Positions 9,965 to 19,324 of a DNA stretch of 64,000 bases are shown one piece after another. Within the stretch, counting starts at the first letter, position 1, and each line of letters opens with the position of its first letter. Below the pieces are notes generated by a model. The model ran no database searches, was not told the origin of the DNA, and saw only the letters and a program-made list of their open reading frames with translations. The DNA comes from Vicinamibacteria bacterium (GTDB lineage Bacteria > Acidobacteriota > Vicinamibacteria > Marinacidobacterales > Marinacidobacteraceae). The stretch lies in NCBI GenBank assembly GCA_964291235.2, contig OZ219815.1, forward strand, positions 992,001-1,056,000, written 5' to 3'. Made by a program: the position numbers and the translations under genes.

Positions 9965-10030
9965 CGGAATGCCCGGGAGTCCGATGCGGCGGCTAGGATG
10001 AGCCCAACCGTCGTGGAGGAGCGATCTCGA

Positions 10031-10201
10031 ATGACCCAGCGGATCAAGATCGATCAGGGCGGACTGGGGTTCGGCTTCTGGACGATCGGATGGCTGTTCA
10101 CCATCGGCTTTGTGGACCTGAACTTCTGGCGTGGCCTTCTCGGTCTCCTGGTCTGGCCCTACTTTCTCGGGCTCCGCATCGCTGAACTGATCGGTTCCTG
10201 A
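10031..10201 (+). CDS. Small hypothetical membrane protein
   Basis: GGAGGAG RBS before ATG; hydrophobic GFWTIGWLFTIGF...LLVWPYFLG. Confidence 0.7.
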   Translation: MTQRIKIDQGGLGFGFWTIGWLFTIGFVDLNFWRGLLGLLVWPYFLGLRIAELIGS

Positions 10202-10230
10202 GCTTCCGGCGACCGGAGGATTCCGGCGGC

Positions 10231-10435
10231 TTAACAGCCTGTGGTGAAACGCACGTGAGCACCGAGACGAGTGAGGCCCAGTTCTCCCGGTGGGGGTCCG
10301 GCTGACAAGGCGCGTGAGGGAGGAATACCGGGTGTATTCCGACCGAAACGCAACGATGAGCGCCTCGCAGAGGCGCGGTTCAGTCGGGATGGATCGCTCG
10401 TCGAATGCCGCGTGGGTTTTGCCACAGGCTGTTAA
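10231..10435. mobile_element. MITE-like non-autonomous element, copy 1 (one +18-bp insert)
   Basis: TTAA-CAGCCTGTGGTGAAAC...GTTTTGCCACAGGCTG-TTAA: 16-bp imperfect TIRs and TTAA duplication. Homologous to 17542-17800 and 58472-58658, in opposite orientation. Confidence 0.9.
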
Positions 10436-10462
10436 CCCCGCTCAACGGCCCACGGGTCGTGT

Positions 10463-10897
10463 TCAGTGCGCGTGGGTTCCGCCGGTACAGTGGTCGAGAG
10501 TTTCCTTCATGATGGCGGCGTCCACCGGCATCTCTATCGTCTCGTCTTCGAATCTCAGCGCCAGGTCGCCGCCAGCGAGGAGGAAGTCCACGAACCATTC
10601 CTCCGGCTCGAACTGGAAGACCCCGGGGAAGGGCCGGTCCTCCGTCTTTTCGATGCTCCGGGTCTCCCCACCGTCGATCTGCACGTAGAGCGTCCGGGTC
10701 TGGCGCCCGGCCGGGCTGGAATCTTCATGGGGAACGTGCACCGTCAGGAGAATCTCGTCCGACTCCTCACTGCACTGGACCAGGACCCCCGTGTGGTCCC
10801 GGACGACGAATTCGGCTCCGTGCACTCCCATGTACTCGAAGCCCTTCCACTCCACGGCGTTCGGGAGCGCGAGGAACATCACTAGCAGGCTGGTCAT
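10463..10897 (-). CDS. Hypothetical secreted protein
   Basis: GGAAGGTGA upstream of ATG 10897, hydrophobic N-terminus MTSLLVMFLALPNA and protein-like composition. Confidence 0.65.
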   Translation of the reverse strand: MTSLLVMFLALPNAVEWKGFEYMGVHGAEFVVRDHTGVLVQCSEESDEILLTVHVPHEDSSPAGRQTRTLYVQIDGGETRSIEKTEDRPFPGVFQFEPEEWFVDFLLAGGDLALRFEDETIEMPVDAAIMKETLDHCTGGTHAH

Positions 10898-11073
10898 TGG
10901 ATCACCTTCCGTCGGCCTGTCCGGCGGATTGACGTCCCGGAAGATCCGGAACGGCAACTTGAGGAATCCGCCCCACCACCGGAGGCGTTCCGCCAGCCGA
11001 CGTCCTTGGGTCGGAGGATATCGGGCTTGAGCGCCGGCCGCGACCGCGAGGTGCGTAGAATCGGGGGCCCGTC

Positions 11074-13002
11074 ATGACCAACGTGATCGATACCTCCCGA
11101 ATGTCGGCTGGCAAGCGAGCGGCTTTCGAACTGACCGAGGCGGCGCGGGAGACGGGATGGCGTTACCCCACGTTCGCCGGAGGGCTCTTCCTCGGCCAGT
11201 TGTCTGCCGGGATCGTGCGGCCCTACCCGGACAGCGGGGTGGAGCCGGAAGGGGAGGCGTTCCTCAAGCGCCTCGAGGCGTACCTCCTCGATGCGGTGGA
11301 TGCTGACGAGATCGACAGGACGGGAGAGATCCCGGAGCAGGTGCTTCAGGATCTCGTGGCGATGGGCGCGTTCGGGATCAAGATCCCGAAGCGCTACGGC
11401 GGCCTCGGGTTGTCGCAGCGGACCTACACCCGATCCGCGATCCTGCTCGGCAGCCATTGCGGGAACCTCGCCTCCCTGATCTCCGCCCATCAATCCATCG
11501 GGATCGCGCAGCCGATCTTGATGTTCGGCACCGAGGACCAGAAGCAGGAATTCCTGCCCCAGGTGGCGGCCGGGGACATTTCGGCGTTTGCGTTGACGGA
11601 GAACACCGTCGGCTCGGACGCCGCCCGGATGCGGGCGCACGCGGAGCCGACGCCGGACGGCAAGCACTTCATCCTGAACGGCGAGAAACTCTGGTGCACG
11701 AACGGCACCAAGGCCCGTTGGCTGGTGGTCATGGCCCGTACTCCCGCCCAAGAGCCGGGAGGGCGGGCAGGAATCACCACGTTCATCGTGGATACGCGCT
11801 GGCCTGGCGTCGAAGTGGTCCGGCGTTGCCGGTTCATGGGGCTCAAGGCGCTCTACAACGGCGTCATGCGCTTTAGCGACGTGCGGATCCCCCGGGCCAA
11901 CGTGCTGGGGCCCGTGGGAAAGGGCCTGCGGGTCGCGCTCACCACCCTGAACACCGGCCGCCTCACGCTTCCCGGGATCTGCATCGGGACGGCCAAGCGG
12001 TCGCTCTACATCTCCCGGACCTGGGCGCGCGAGCGGGTGCAGTGGGGAGCCCCGATCGGAGAGCACGCGGCGATCGCCGACAAGATCGGACGCATGGCGG
12101 CGACCACCTTCGCCATGGATGCGATGTCCGACCTCACCTCTCTGCTCGTGGACATTGGAGGGGCGGACATCCGGATCGAAGCCGCGATCTCCAAGATGTA
12201 TGCGAGCGAGGCGGCGTGGCGGATCGCCGATGACACCGTCCAGGTGCTGGGAGGCCGCGGCTACGAGACCGCGGACTCGCTTGGCGCTCGCGGCGAACGG
12301 CCCTTCCCGGCCGAGCGGACGCTCCGCGACAACCGGATCAACACGATCTTCGAGGGATCGAGCGAGATCCTGCGCCTCTTCATCGCCCGCGAAGTGCTCG
12401 ACCCGCACCTGAGCCGGGCGGGCGCCGTGATGAACCCGTCGCTCCCGATCACGCAACGCGTCGCTGCGGCCTTCCGCGCGGGCCTGTTCTATGTCCCCTG
12501 GTACCTGAAGCAGTGGCTTCCGGCCGCGGCGCCGGCGGGCGGCGAACCCTGGGCGCGGCGCCACCTGCGTTTCGTGGCGCAGAGCAGCCGCCGGCTCGCC
12601 CGGAGTCTCTTCCACGCGATGCTGCGTCATGGGCCGGGGCTCGAGAAGCGTCAGATGCTCCTGTGGCGGTTCGTGGACTTCGGAGCGGAGCTCTATGCGC
12701 AGGTGGCGACGGTGGTGCGGGCGGAAGCGCTCCTTGCCCGGGGTTCGCGCCCCGAGGACGTATTGCCGCTGGTGGAGAACTTCTGCGCGGGCTCCCGCGG
12801 CCGGATTGACGAACTGAGGCGGGCCATCCGGCGGAATCAGGACGGGCAGACCTACGCACTCGCCCAGGACTTCCTGAAAGACGGCTTCCCCACGCTTCTC
12901 GACGGACGGGTTCCGAACCCCTATGACCCGCCGGCGCCGGCGGAATCCTTGCTGGAAACCCCGGCTGACGAGCCGGTCACCAGGTCTCCGGTCTCCGTTT
13001 GA
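11074..13002 (+). CDS. Acyl-CoA dehydrogenase (very-long-chain/ACADVL-like)
   Basis: AFALTENTVGSDA, LNGEKLWCTNG, QVLGGRGY, RDNRINTIFEGSSEI and a C-terminal extension. Confidence 0.92.
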   Translation: MTNVIDTSRMSAGKRAAFELTEAARETGWRYPTFAGGLFLGQLSAGIVRPYPDSGVEPEGEAFLKRLEAYLLDAVDADEIDRTGEIPEQVLQDLVAMGAFGIKIPKRYGGLGLSQRTYTRSAILLGSHCGNLASLISAHQSIGIAQPILMFGTEDQKQEFLPQVAAGDISAFALTENTVGSDAARMRAHAEPTPDGKHFILNGEKLWCTNGTKARWLVVMARTPAQEPGGRAGITTFIVDTRWPGVEVVRRCRFMGLKALYNGVMRFSDVRIPRANVLGPVGKGLRVALTTLNTGRLTLPGICIGTAKRSLYISRTWARERVQWGAPIGEHAAIADKIGRMAATTFAMDAMSDLTSLLVDIGGADIRIEAAISKMYASEAAWRIADDTVQVLGGRGYETADSLGARGERPFPAERTLRDNRINTIFEGSSEILRLFIAREVLDPHLSRAGAVMNPSLPITQRVAAAFRAGLFYVPWYLKQWLPAAAPAGGEPWARRHLRFVAQSSRRLARSLFHAMLRHGPGLEKRQMLLWRFVDFGAELYAQVATVVRAEALLARGSRPEDVLPLVENFCAGSRGRIDELRRAIRRNQDGQTYALAQDFLKDGFPTLLDGRVPNPYDPPAPAESLLETPADEPVTRSPVSV

Positions 13003-13961
13003 GGGTCGGGCTCCTCTCGCTGCTGGCGGCGGCGCTGCTCACCGGCGCCTGCGACGCCGACCCTGGTCCGCGGGCCGTACCCCGGGCCGTCTGGCTGGAC
13101 GTGGATCCGGCCGTCATGCCCGGGGGGCACGAGCCCGACGACGGCGTCGCGATGGTCCAGGCGTTTCATTCGCCGGAACTGCGGGTGACGGGCGTCAGCG
13201 TGGTCTTCGGGAACGCCCCCGTCGAGCGCGGCTATCCGATTGCCCGGGAGATTGCGGCGCGCTTCGGACCGGCGGGTCTCGAGGTGCACCGGGGGAGCGC
13301 CGCACCGTCTCCGGATCCCACCCCCGCCTCCCGGGCCCTGATCGCGGCGCTTGAGGAAGAAGCGCAGACCATCCTGGCGCTGGGGCCGGCGACCAACGTC
13401 GCCGCCGCCCTTCGGGAACGGCCCGACCTGGCCGAGCGCATCGAGACGGTCATCCTGGTGATCGGCCGTCGTCCTGGAGAACCGCTGACTTTCCCGGGGG
13501 GCGGCCCCAACCTCCTCGACTTCAATTTCGAACTGGATCCGGCCGCCGCGGAGATGGTGCTGGAGAGCGGGGCCCCGATCGTCCTGGCGCCTTTCGAATT
13601 GGCGGCCAAGCTTCCTATCCCGGCCGAGGATTGGACCGGACTGTGGGACACCCCGTTCGGGGCGTTCTTTCGCGAGCCGATCGAGGACTATCTCGACTGG
13701 TTCGGCGAGAACTACGGCCGTCGCGCCACCTATCCGTTCGACTCGTTTGCCGTTTCCTTCCTGGTGGCGCCCGAGTTCCTGGATTGTGACCGGACCACGG
13801 TGGTCGTTCGGGACGGCCCCGCGGACGGCTATTCGGACACCACGGAGACGAAACCCTGGCTCGTGCGGGTTGATTCAGGCGGGGGGTGGCCCGTTACCTG
13901 GTGCCACACGCCGCTCCCGGAATTGAAGGGGGAACTCCTCCGGCGGCTGGCGGGCGCCTGA
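12999..13961 (+). CDS. Nucleoside hydrolase (IUNH family), lipoprotein
   Basis: DVD....DD aspartate motif, VFGN, LGPATN and DFNFELDP. Lipobox-like LTGAC. Confidence 0.85.
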   Translation: MRVGLLSLLAAALLTGACDADPGPRAVPRAVWLDVDPAVMPGGHEPDDGVAMVQAFHSPELRVTGVSVVFGNAPVERGYPIAREIAARFGPAGLEVHRGSAAPSPDPTPASRALIAALEEEAQTILALGPATNVAAALRERPDLAERIETVILVIGRRPGEPLTFPGGGPNLLDFNFELDPAAAEMVLESGAPIVLAPFELAAKLPIPAEDWTGLWDTPFGAFFREPIEDYLDWFGENYGRRATYPFDSFAVSFLVAPEFLDCDRTTVVVRDGPADGYSDTTETKPWLVRVDSGGGWPVTWCHTPLPELKGELLRRLAGA

Positions 13962-14023
13962 GGGCGGCGAATCCCCCCGCCCGCCGTCCTTGGAGACTGC
14001 TAATCTTCCGCGTTCCGCTGGGA

Positions 14024-14100
14024 GCGCCTGTAGCTCAGTGGATTAGAGCGCTTGCCTCCGGAGCAAGAAGTCAGAGGTTCGAGTCCTCTCAGGCGTACCA
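14024..14100 (+). tRNA. tRNA-Arg (CCG)
   Basis: GCGCCTG acceptor, TAGCTCAGTGGATTAGAGC D-arm, CTTGC-CTCCGGA-GCAAG anticodon arm, GGTTCGAGTCC and encoded CCA. Confidence 0.97.
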
Positions 14101-14118
14101 GCGTAGTCGTATCGGGTT

Positions 14119-14195
<77 letters not shown>

Positions 14196-14207
14196 CCCGA
14201 TGCGCCC

Positions 14208-15686
14208 ATGACCGACGCCGCGCCCTTCCGGGCTGCTCCCGAATCACGGTGGACCGGGTCCGCGTACCATCGTCGGGCGGCCGGACCATCGGAAACGGCC
14301 GTTCCCGTCGCCGCCTTGCAGGAAGTCCTCTCCGCCACCCGTTCCCCTGGTGATGCCGGCGAGGGCGGCGCCCGATCCGGCGGTGTTCCGGCGACCCGAG
14401 AAACGGGGGCGCTGCGGCGGATCCTGATTCGCTCCCCGGAAATCCGCATCAAGGGCAGGAACCGGCCTTCCTTCCGGGAAGCGCTCAAACGCAACCTGGG
14501 CCAGCGGCTCCGCGGCATCGGCCTGCGCTGGCGGGCGAGTTCCGCCGGCGACCGGGTGTGGCTCGAGGTTCCTCGTGAGGAAGTTGGGGATCTGGACCGG
14601 GCCCTCGAAGTGATCGCGACCGTCTTTGGTGTCGAACTGGCCCTCCCGGCGTTCGCGATCCTCCGTTCTCCGGACAAGGAGCCGCTGCCCGCGCCACTCC
14701 TGGTGGACCAGGTGACGGCGCTCTGCTGTGAACTGGCAGCGGAAGCTTGCGAGGGGTCCGGCAAGGGCTTTGCGCTGCGCGTGCGGCGCCGCGACCGGAA
14801 GTTCCCGATCCGCTCCCAGGTGGTTGCCGAGACGGTGGGGAGCGCCATCCTCGATCGCACCGCGTGGGACCGGGTTGACCTCTCGAACCCGGCCCTCACC
14901 ATCTTCATCGAGCCGCACGAGGAAGCTGTTTACGTCTGGACGCGACGCGTTCGGGGACCTGGCGGGCTTCCCGTCGGGATCGCGGGGCGCCTGGTCGGGA
15001 TGCTCTCCGGCGGCTTCGACTCCCCGGTGGCGGCCTGGATGATGGCCGGACGGGGAGCCGCTCTCGACTTCGTCCATCTGACCCCGTCCCGCCCCGACCC
15101 GTCCTCCCCCGCCGCCGACAAGGCCGCCGAACTGGTCCGGATCCTGTCGCGCTACACGGGGCGGTCGCGACTCGTACTGATCCCCTACACCCATTTCGAC
15201 CTGCGGCTCACCGGGAGCCGGACCGGCCACGAGGCGGTCCTGTTCCGGCGATTCGCCTTTCGCTGCGGCGAGGCGGTGGCCAGAAGGTTCGAGGCGGCGG
15301 CCCTGACCACCGGCGACAGCCTCTCGCAGGTCGCGTCGCAGACACTCGAGAACCTGATCAGCGTGGACGCCGCGGTGACCCTCCCCGTCCTCCGCCCCCT
15401 CGTCGGGTTCGACAAGGTCGCGATCATGGACCGGGCCGAGAAGATCGGCACCTGGAAGACCTCGGCGATCCCGGCGAAAGACTGCTGCGCGTTGATCGCG
15501 GGGTCGCCCCGCACCCGTTCCGAACCCGGGCGGATCGCCCGCCTCGAGGACCGGCTGTTTCCGGACCCTGCCGAAGTCGTCAGGCTGTCCCTCAAGGAAT
15601 CCGTCGTCGGCGCGTTTCAGGGCGGCGAGCAGATCGAGGCGTTTGCCCCGGCAGGCGACCGGTTCGTCCCGGCCGGCGGCGATTAA
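14208..15686 (+). CDS. thiI: tRNA 4-thiouridine synthase ThiI (THUMP + PP-loop, no rhodanese domain)
   Basis: EIRIKGRNR, THUMP region, GPGGLPVG, MLSGGFDSPVA, TGDSLSQVASQTLENL, RPLVGFDK and DCC. Start uncertain. Confidence 0.9.
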   Translation: MTDAAPFRAAPESRWTGSAYHRRAAGPSETAVPVAALQEVLSATRSPGDAGEGGARSGGVPATRETGALRRILIRSPEIRIKGRNRPSFREALKRNLGQRLRGIGLRWRASSAGDRVWLEVPREEVGDLDRALEVIATVFGVELALPAFAILRSPDKEPLPAPLLVDQVTALCCELAAEACEGSGKGFALRVRRRDRKFPIRSQVVAETVGSAILDRTAWDRVDLSNPALTIFIEPHEEAVYVWTRRVRGPGGLPVGIAGRLVGMLSGGFDSPVAAWMMAGRGAALDFVHLTPSRPDPSSPAADKAAELVRILSRYTGRSRLVLIPYTHFDLRLTGSRTGHEAVLFRRFAFRCGEAVARRFEAAALTTGDSLSQVASQTLENLISVDAAVTLPVLRPLVGFDKVAIMDRAEKIGTWKTSAIPAKDCCALIAGSPRTRSEPGRIARLEDRLFPDPAEVVRLSLKESVVGAFQGGEQIEAFAPAGDRFVPAGGD

Positions 15687-15793
15687 GCGGCCTCGGGGGG
15701 CGTGCTCCCCGGTTCCGCTCGGCTTTGCACTCGCCGCAGCAGCCGCGTAGCATGAATTTTGCTTGCCTGAGGTTCCATAGCGAAGCGTCAACC

Positions 15794-16336
15794 ATGCCCG
15801 ATTCTTCGGCGCACTCGCGCCACCCGGCTCTTCTGCCTTCACTCGCGGCGGCACTGATCCTGGGAGCTGCATCCTCCATCGTCGCGGCGGCGGTCGAGGG
15901 CGTTGCGGACACCCCTGCGAAGCCGTATGCGGTGTTCGTTGCCTATCCTGGTGAGGTGGACGCCCAGCTCGGCGCGCATCTCCACAACGCCGCCGGCGCG
16001 CTGGGGACGGCGCTGGCCGATCGCCCGGAGTGGTTCCGGCTGACGGAATCGCGTGACGAGGCGAACATCCGGGTGACCGTCTTCGATGCGCAGGCCGCCA
16101 CCGGCGAGTTGCGGTTCGTGGGCGGCCCGGCCGGGTTCACTGCGAACCGCGTCTTCGCATCACGGGGACGCGACGTCTTTTCCTTCGACGCCATTGTGCG
16201 GGTAAACGGAAAGCGGAAGCAGGTGAACGGTTCGGGTACCGGAGCCACGGGAATGGACAGCCTCAAGGACGCCGCCGCCGACTTCGTCAGGAAGCTCGAG
16301 GAATTCACGGAAGAAAGCTACCCGGCTCCGCGCTGA
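15794..16336 (+). CDS. Hypothetical secreted protein, paralog 1 of 3
   Basis: Signal-like N-terminus. Shares PYAVFV, WFRL...A.I and SLKDAA...LEEF...Y motifs with the next two ORFs. Confidence 0.7.
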   Translation: MPDSSAHSRHPALLPSLAAALILGAASSIVAAAVEGVADTPAKPYAVFVAYPGEVDAQLGAHLHNAAGALGTALADRPEWFRLTESRDEANIRVTVFDAQAATGELRFVGGPAGFTANRVFASRGRDVFSFDAIVRVNGKRKQVNGSGTGATGMDSLKDAAADFVRKLEEFTEESYPAPR

Positions 16337-16338
16337 CG

Positions 16339-16902
16339 ATGTCGCGCCGCCAATTCGGTATCCGCACCCGGACCGCGCTTCTCGCGCTCTTCGCCCTGGC
16401 GGCGACGGTGGTCTTCGCGGGTGGGCAGGAAAAGGCGCCCCGGCGCCCGCCGGAGCCGTTTCGGGTCTTCGTGTACGCCATCGAAACGGCGGATGCCGGC
16501 CTCAAGGCGCAGCTCGACGAGGCGCTGCCGATGGTCCGGGAACGGGTAGCGGGGCGGCGGAAATGGTTCCAACTGGCCGCGTCCGCCGACGCGGCGGACA
16601 TCACGATCCGCATCGTCAGCTACCGGACTGGAGAGCTTCGGGATCACCCAAACCGGAGGACCGGTGGGATGATTCCGGGGATGTTGACTGCCGAGCCCTC
16701 CGACTGCCGGGAATACCATTTCGTTGATGCGGTCGTTCGCAGGGGAGGGGTGAGCACGCAGCTCTCCGGGCTCGACGCCGGCGCCATCGGGGGCGCCGGC
16801 CTGGGCAGAGCCGCCGGCCAGCTCGCAAAGGAGCTGGAGCGCTTCGCGAAGGACAACTACGGCGCCCTCAGCCAGCACCGCGCGCGGGCTCGGACGCAGT
16901 AA
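16339..16902 (+). CDS. Hypothetical secreted protein, paralog 2 of 3
   Basis: Signal peptide; APRRPPEPFRVFVYA, WFQL, YHFVDAV and LERFAKDNY. Confidence 0.8.
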   Translation: MSRRQFGIRTRTALLALFALAATVVFAGGQEKAPRRPPEPFRVFVYAIETADAGLKAQLDEALPMVRERVAGRRKWFQLAASADAADITIRIVSYRTGELRDHPNRRTGGMIPGMLTAEPSDCREYHFVDAVVRRGGVSTQLSGLDAGAIGGAGLGRAAGQLAKELERFAKDNYGALSQHRARARTQ

Positions 16903-17014
16903 GCCGCAAGCGGCGCGCCCACCCGGTGCCGCTGCATTCCGTCCACTGCCCGGCGTGCGATGATTCCCGGGCGAGCGGCCCTGGGTCCGGCTTTGCGCAC
17001 CACGGGGAGTCATC

Positions 17015-17539
17015 ATGACCATCCACCACATTCCGCGTCCGCGACCGGCGGCGCTCGTCGGGCTGCTGCTCCTGGCGGCGTTTGCCGCCGCGGAGCAAGC
17101 GCCCCGGCGCCCGCCCGAGCCCTTTGCCGTCTTCGTGTACGCGAGTGATCCGGAGGATGCGGACCTGAAGGAGGGGCTTGCCAAGGCGAGCGAGGAAATC
17201 CGGGACCGGGTCCGCGGACGGCGGAATTGGTTTCGCGTCGTCGATTCCGCTGAGGATGCGGCCATCACCCTGCGCGTCATCAACTACCGAACATCGCAGA
17301 TGATGCTTCCGAAACTCGAGAGACTGTTCATCAACGGCCGGGTCGAACTGGTCGAGCGCAGCGAGATCATCGAGTTCCACTACGTGGATGCGGTTGCGCT
17401 CGGCGGGTCGGCGCGAGGAAACCTGACCGGGCTGGACGAGCGCGAGAGCGGGCCCAGCCTGCGCAATGCCGCCAGCCACCTGGCCGAACAACTGGAGGAG
17501 TTTTGCAAGGACAACTACGCGGCTCTGACCAGCCAGTAG
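17015..17539 (+). CDS. Hypothetical secreted protein, paralog 3 of 3
   Basis: GGGGAG RBS and signal peptide; APRRPPEPFAVFVYA, WFRV, FHYVDAV and LEEFCKDNY. Confidence 0.8.
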   Translation: MTIHHIPRPRPAALVGLLLLAAFAAAEQAPRRPPEPFAVFVYASDPEDADLKEGLAKASEEIRDRVRGRRNWFRVVDSAEDAAITLRVINYRTSQMMLPKLERLFINGRVELVERSEIIEFHYVDAVALGGSARGNLTGLDERESGPSLRNAASHLAEQLEEFCKDNYAALTSQ

Positions 17540-17541
17540 GC

Positions 17542-17800
17542 TCAACAGCCTGTGGCAAAACCCACGCGGCCCAGTTCTCCCGGTGGGGGCTCGAGCGGCG
17601 ATCCGTCCCGGCTGAACCGCACCTCTCCGAGGCGCTCATCGTTGCGTTTCGGTCGAAATACACCCGGTATTCCTCCCTCACGCGCCGCCCCCACCGGGAG
17701 AACTGGGTCAGCCGGGCCCCCACCGGGAGAACTGGCCCCACCGGGAGAACTGGGCCTCACCGCTCTCTGCGCTCACGCGGGTTTCACCACAGGCTGCTAA
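17542..17800. mobile_element. MITE-like element, copy 2 (four +18-bp inserts, mismatched flanks)
   Basis: TCAA-CAGCCTGTGGCAAAAC...GTTTCACCACAGGCTG-CTAA. Inserted units at 17571-17590, 17687-17706, 17716-17735 and 17736-17753. Confidence 0.9.
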
Positions 17801-17902
17801 GGCGGCGTTCGTTCGCCGCGATCCTCTCTACTTACCGCCCTCGTCTTCGGACTGGCCGGGTCCGGGTGTGCGCCACCGCCGGAGAATCCCCGGGCGAAGA
17901 AC

Positions 17903-19324
17903 GTGATCCTGTTCATCGGGGACGGGTTCGGGATGAACCAGTTCGCGCTGGGAGCGGCCTACGCCTCCGAAATCGGCGGCAACCCGCTTCGGATGTCCGA
18001 CCTTGCCGACGCCGGTAGCGCCGGGTACGCGGTGCCGTTCTCCTACGGGCGGATCACGACGGATTCGGCGGCGGCCGCGACCCAGATGGCTACCGCGAAG
18101 CAGGCGCTCACCGAGACGCTGAGCGTCGATCCGGAAACGGCGGAGCCGTTGCCGACCATCCTCGAGTGGGCCGAAGGGGAGGGACTCGCCACCGGGCTGG
18201 TTGCGAACATGCGCCTCACCCACGCGACCCCGGCGGCCTTCAAGGTGCACGCCAAGTCGCGGTACGTCCCCGAGCCCGAACTCGCGGATCAGCTCTTCGG
18301 AGAACCTTTCGTGGAGGTGTTGCTCGGCGGCGGGGGCCGCGCCATGGTCCCGCAGGGGACGAGCCTCTCGGACAGCGTCCCGGGGCTGCCGGAGGGGACC
18401 GACGGCGCCTCGAACCGGGGCGATGACCGCGACCTGATCGCCGAAGCCGCGGCCCGCGGCTTTACCGTCGTCGGCGATCGGGCCGGACTGGAGCGCGCGC
18501 GGGGAGCGGAGCGCCTCGTCGGGATCTTCGCGGCGAGCCATCTCCCGTACGTGCTCGACCGGTCCTGGGAAGGTCTCGACGATTCCGTGCCGACCCTGGC
18601 CGAACTCACCTCTGCCGGGATCGCCTCGCTCGAGCAGAACGGGGCGGGTTTCTTCCTCGTGGTCGAAGGCGGTCTCATCGACTACGCGGGTCACGACAAC
18701 GACGCCGGGGCGATGCTCGCCGAGATCCTCGACTTCGACGAGGCGATCGGGGTCGCGTTCGATTTCGCCCGCGCCCGCGAAGATACCCTGGTGCTGGTGA
18801 CGGCCGATCACGGTACTGGCGGCTTCTCGTTCACCTATGGCCCGGGGGGACCGGGCCCCTTTGCGAAGCCCGTCTTTGCCGACTATGCGGCCGGCCCGGA
18901 GATGGCCGGAGTGCGCCACCTGGAGACGCTGGCTGCCCAGCGGCGCTCGCTGATCGAGGCGATGCCGGAAATCTCGTCACCAGCCACGCGTGACTCGGTG
19001 CTGGCGGTGATCGAGGAAGCCACCGCGATCCGACTCACCGACGCCGAAGCCGAGGATCTCGCCAGCCAGCTCAACCAGGAGGAACTCGCCACGCGAGACT
19101 TTGCGACGTACTACCTCGATCGGTCGACGGTTCCCGTGGCGCTCGCCGCGCGGAAGCTCGCGAACCACACGCAGGTGGTCTGGTCCACGGGTGGGCACAC
19201 CTCGGAGCCGGTGCTGCTCCTGGGATACGGGCCGGGTGCGGACGGGGTGCTCGGCATCGGGCAGAACACCCGGGTGCACGGCATCATCCGGGACGCGTTC
19301 GGCTGGGACCGAGAGATCAGGTAG
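17903..19324 (+). CDS. Alkaline phosphatase (5' end apparently lacks a start codon)
   Basis: KNVILFIGDG, TDSAAAAT (catalytic Ser), THATPAAF, VEGGLIDYAGHDND, VTADH and GGHT. The frame is open back to 17801 with a lipoprotein-like signal but no canonical start. Confidence 0.88.
   Translation: MILFIGDGFGMNQFALGAAYASEIGGNPLRMSDLADAGSAGYAVPFSYGRITTDSAAAATQMATAKQALTETLSVDPETAEPLPTILEWAEGEGLATGLVANMRLTHATPAAFKVHAKSRYVPEPELADQLFGEPFVEVLLGGGGRAMVPQGTSLSDSVPGLPEGTDGASNRGDDRDLIAEAAARGFTVVGDRAGLERARGAERLVGIFAASHLPYVLDRSWEGLDDSVPTLAELTSAGIASLEQNGAGFFLVVEGGLIDYAGHDNDAGAMLAEILDFDEAIGVAFDFARAREDTLVLVTADHGTGGFSFTYGPGGPGPFAKPVFADYAAGPEMAGVRHLETLAAQRRSLIEAMPEISSPATRDSVLAVIEEATAIRLTDAEAEDLASQLNQEELATRDFATYYLDRSTVPVALAARKLANHTQVVWSTGGHTSEPVLLLGYGPGADGVLGIGQNTRVHGIIRDAFGWDREIR

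Noticed and set aside
10290-10688. ORFs containing REEYRVY(S/F)DRNAT (also 17367-17741 and 58276-58593)
   Set aside because: The shared peptide is just a translation of the MITE core. Starts, ends and flanks differ and overlap real genes.
14208-14400. Extra N-terminal domain on ThiI
   Set aside because: About 65 low-complexity residues with no motif I can support; the true start may lie further downstream.
17687-17753. Repeated CCCCACCGGGAGAACTGG units as a mini-CRISPR array
   Set aside because: Spacers are 0-9 bp, the repeat is too short, there are no cas genes, and the units sit inside a MITE.
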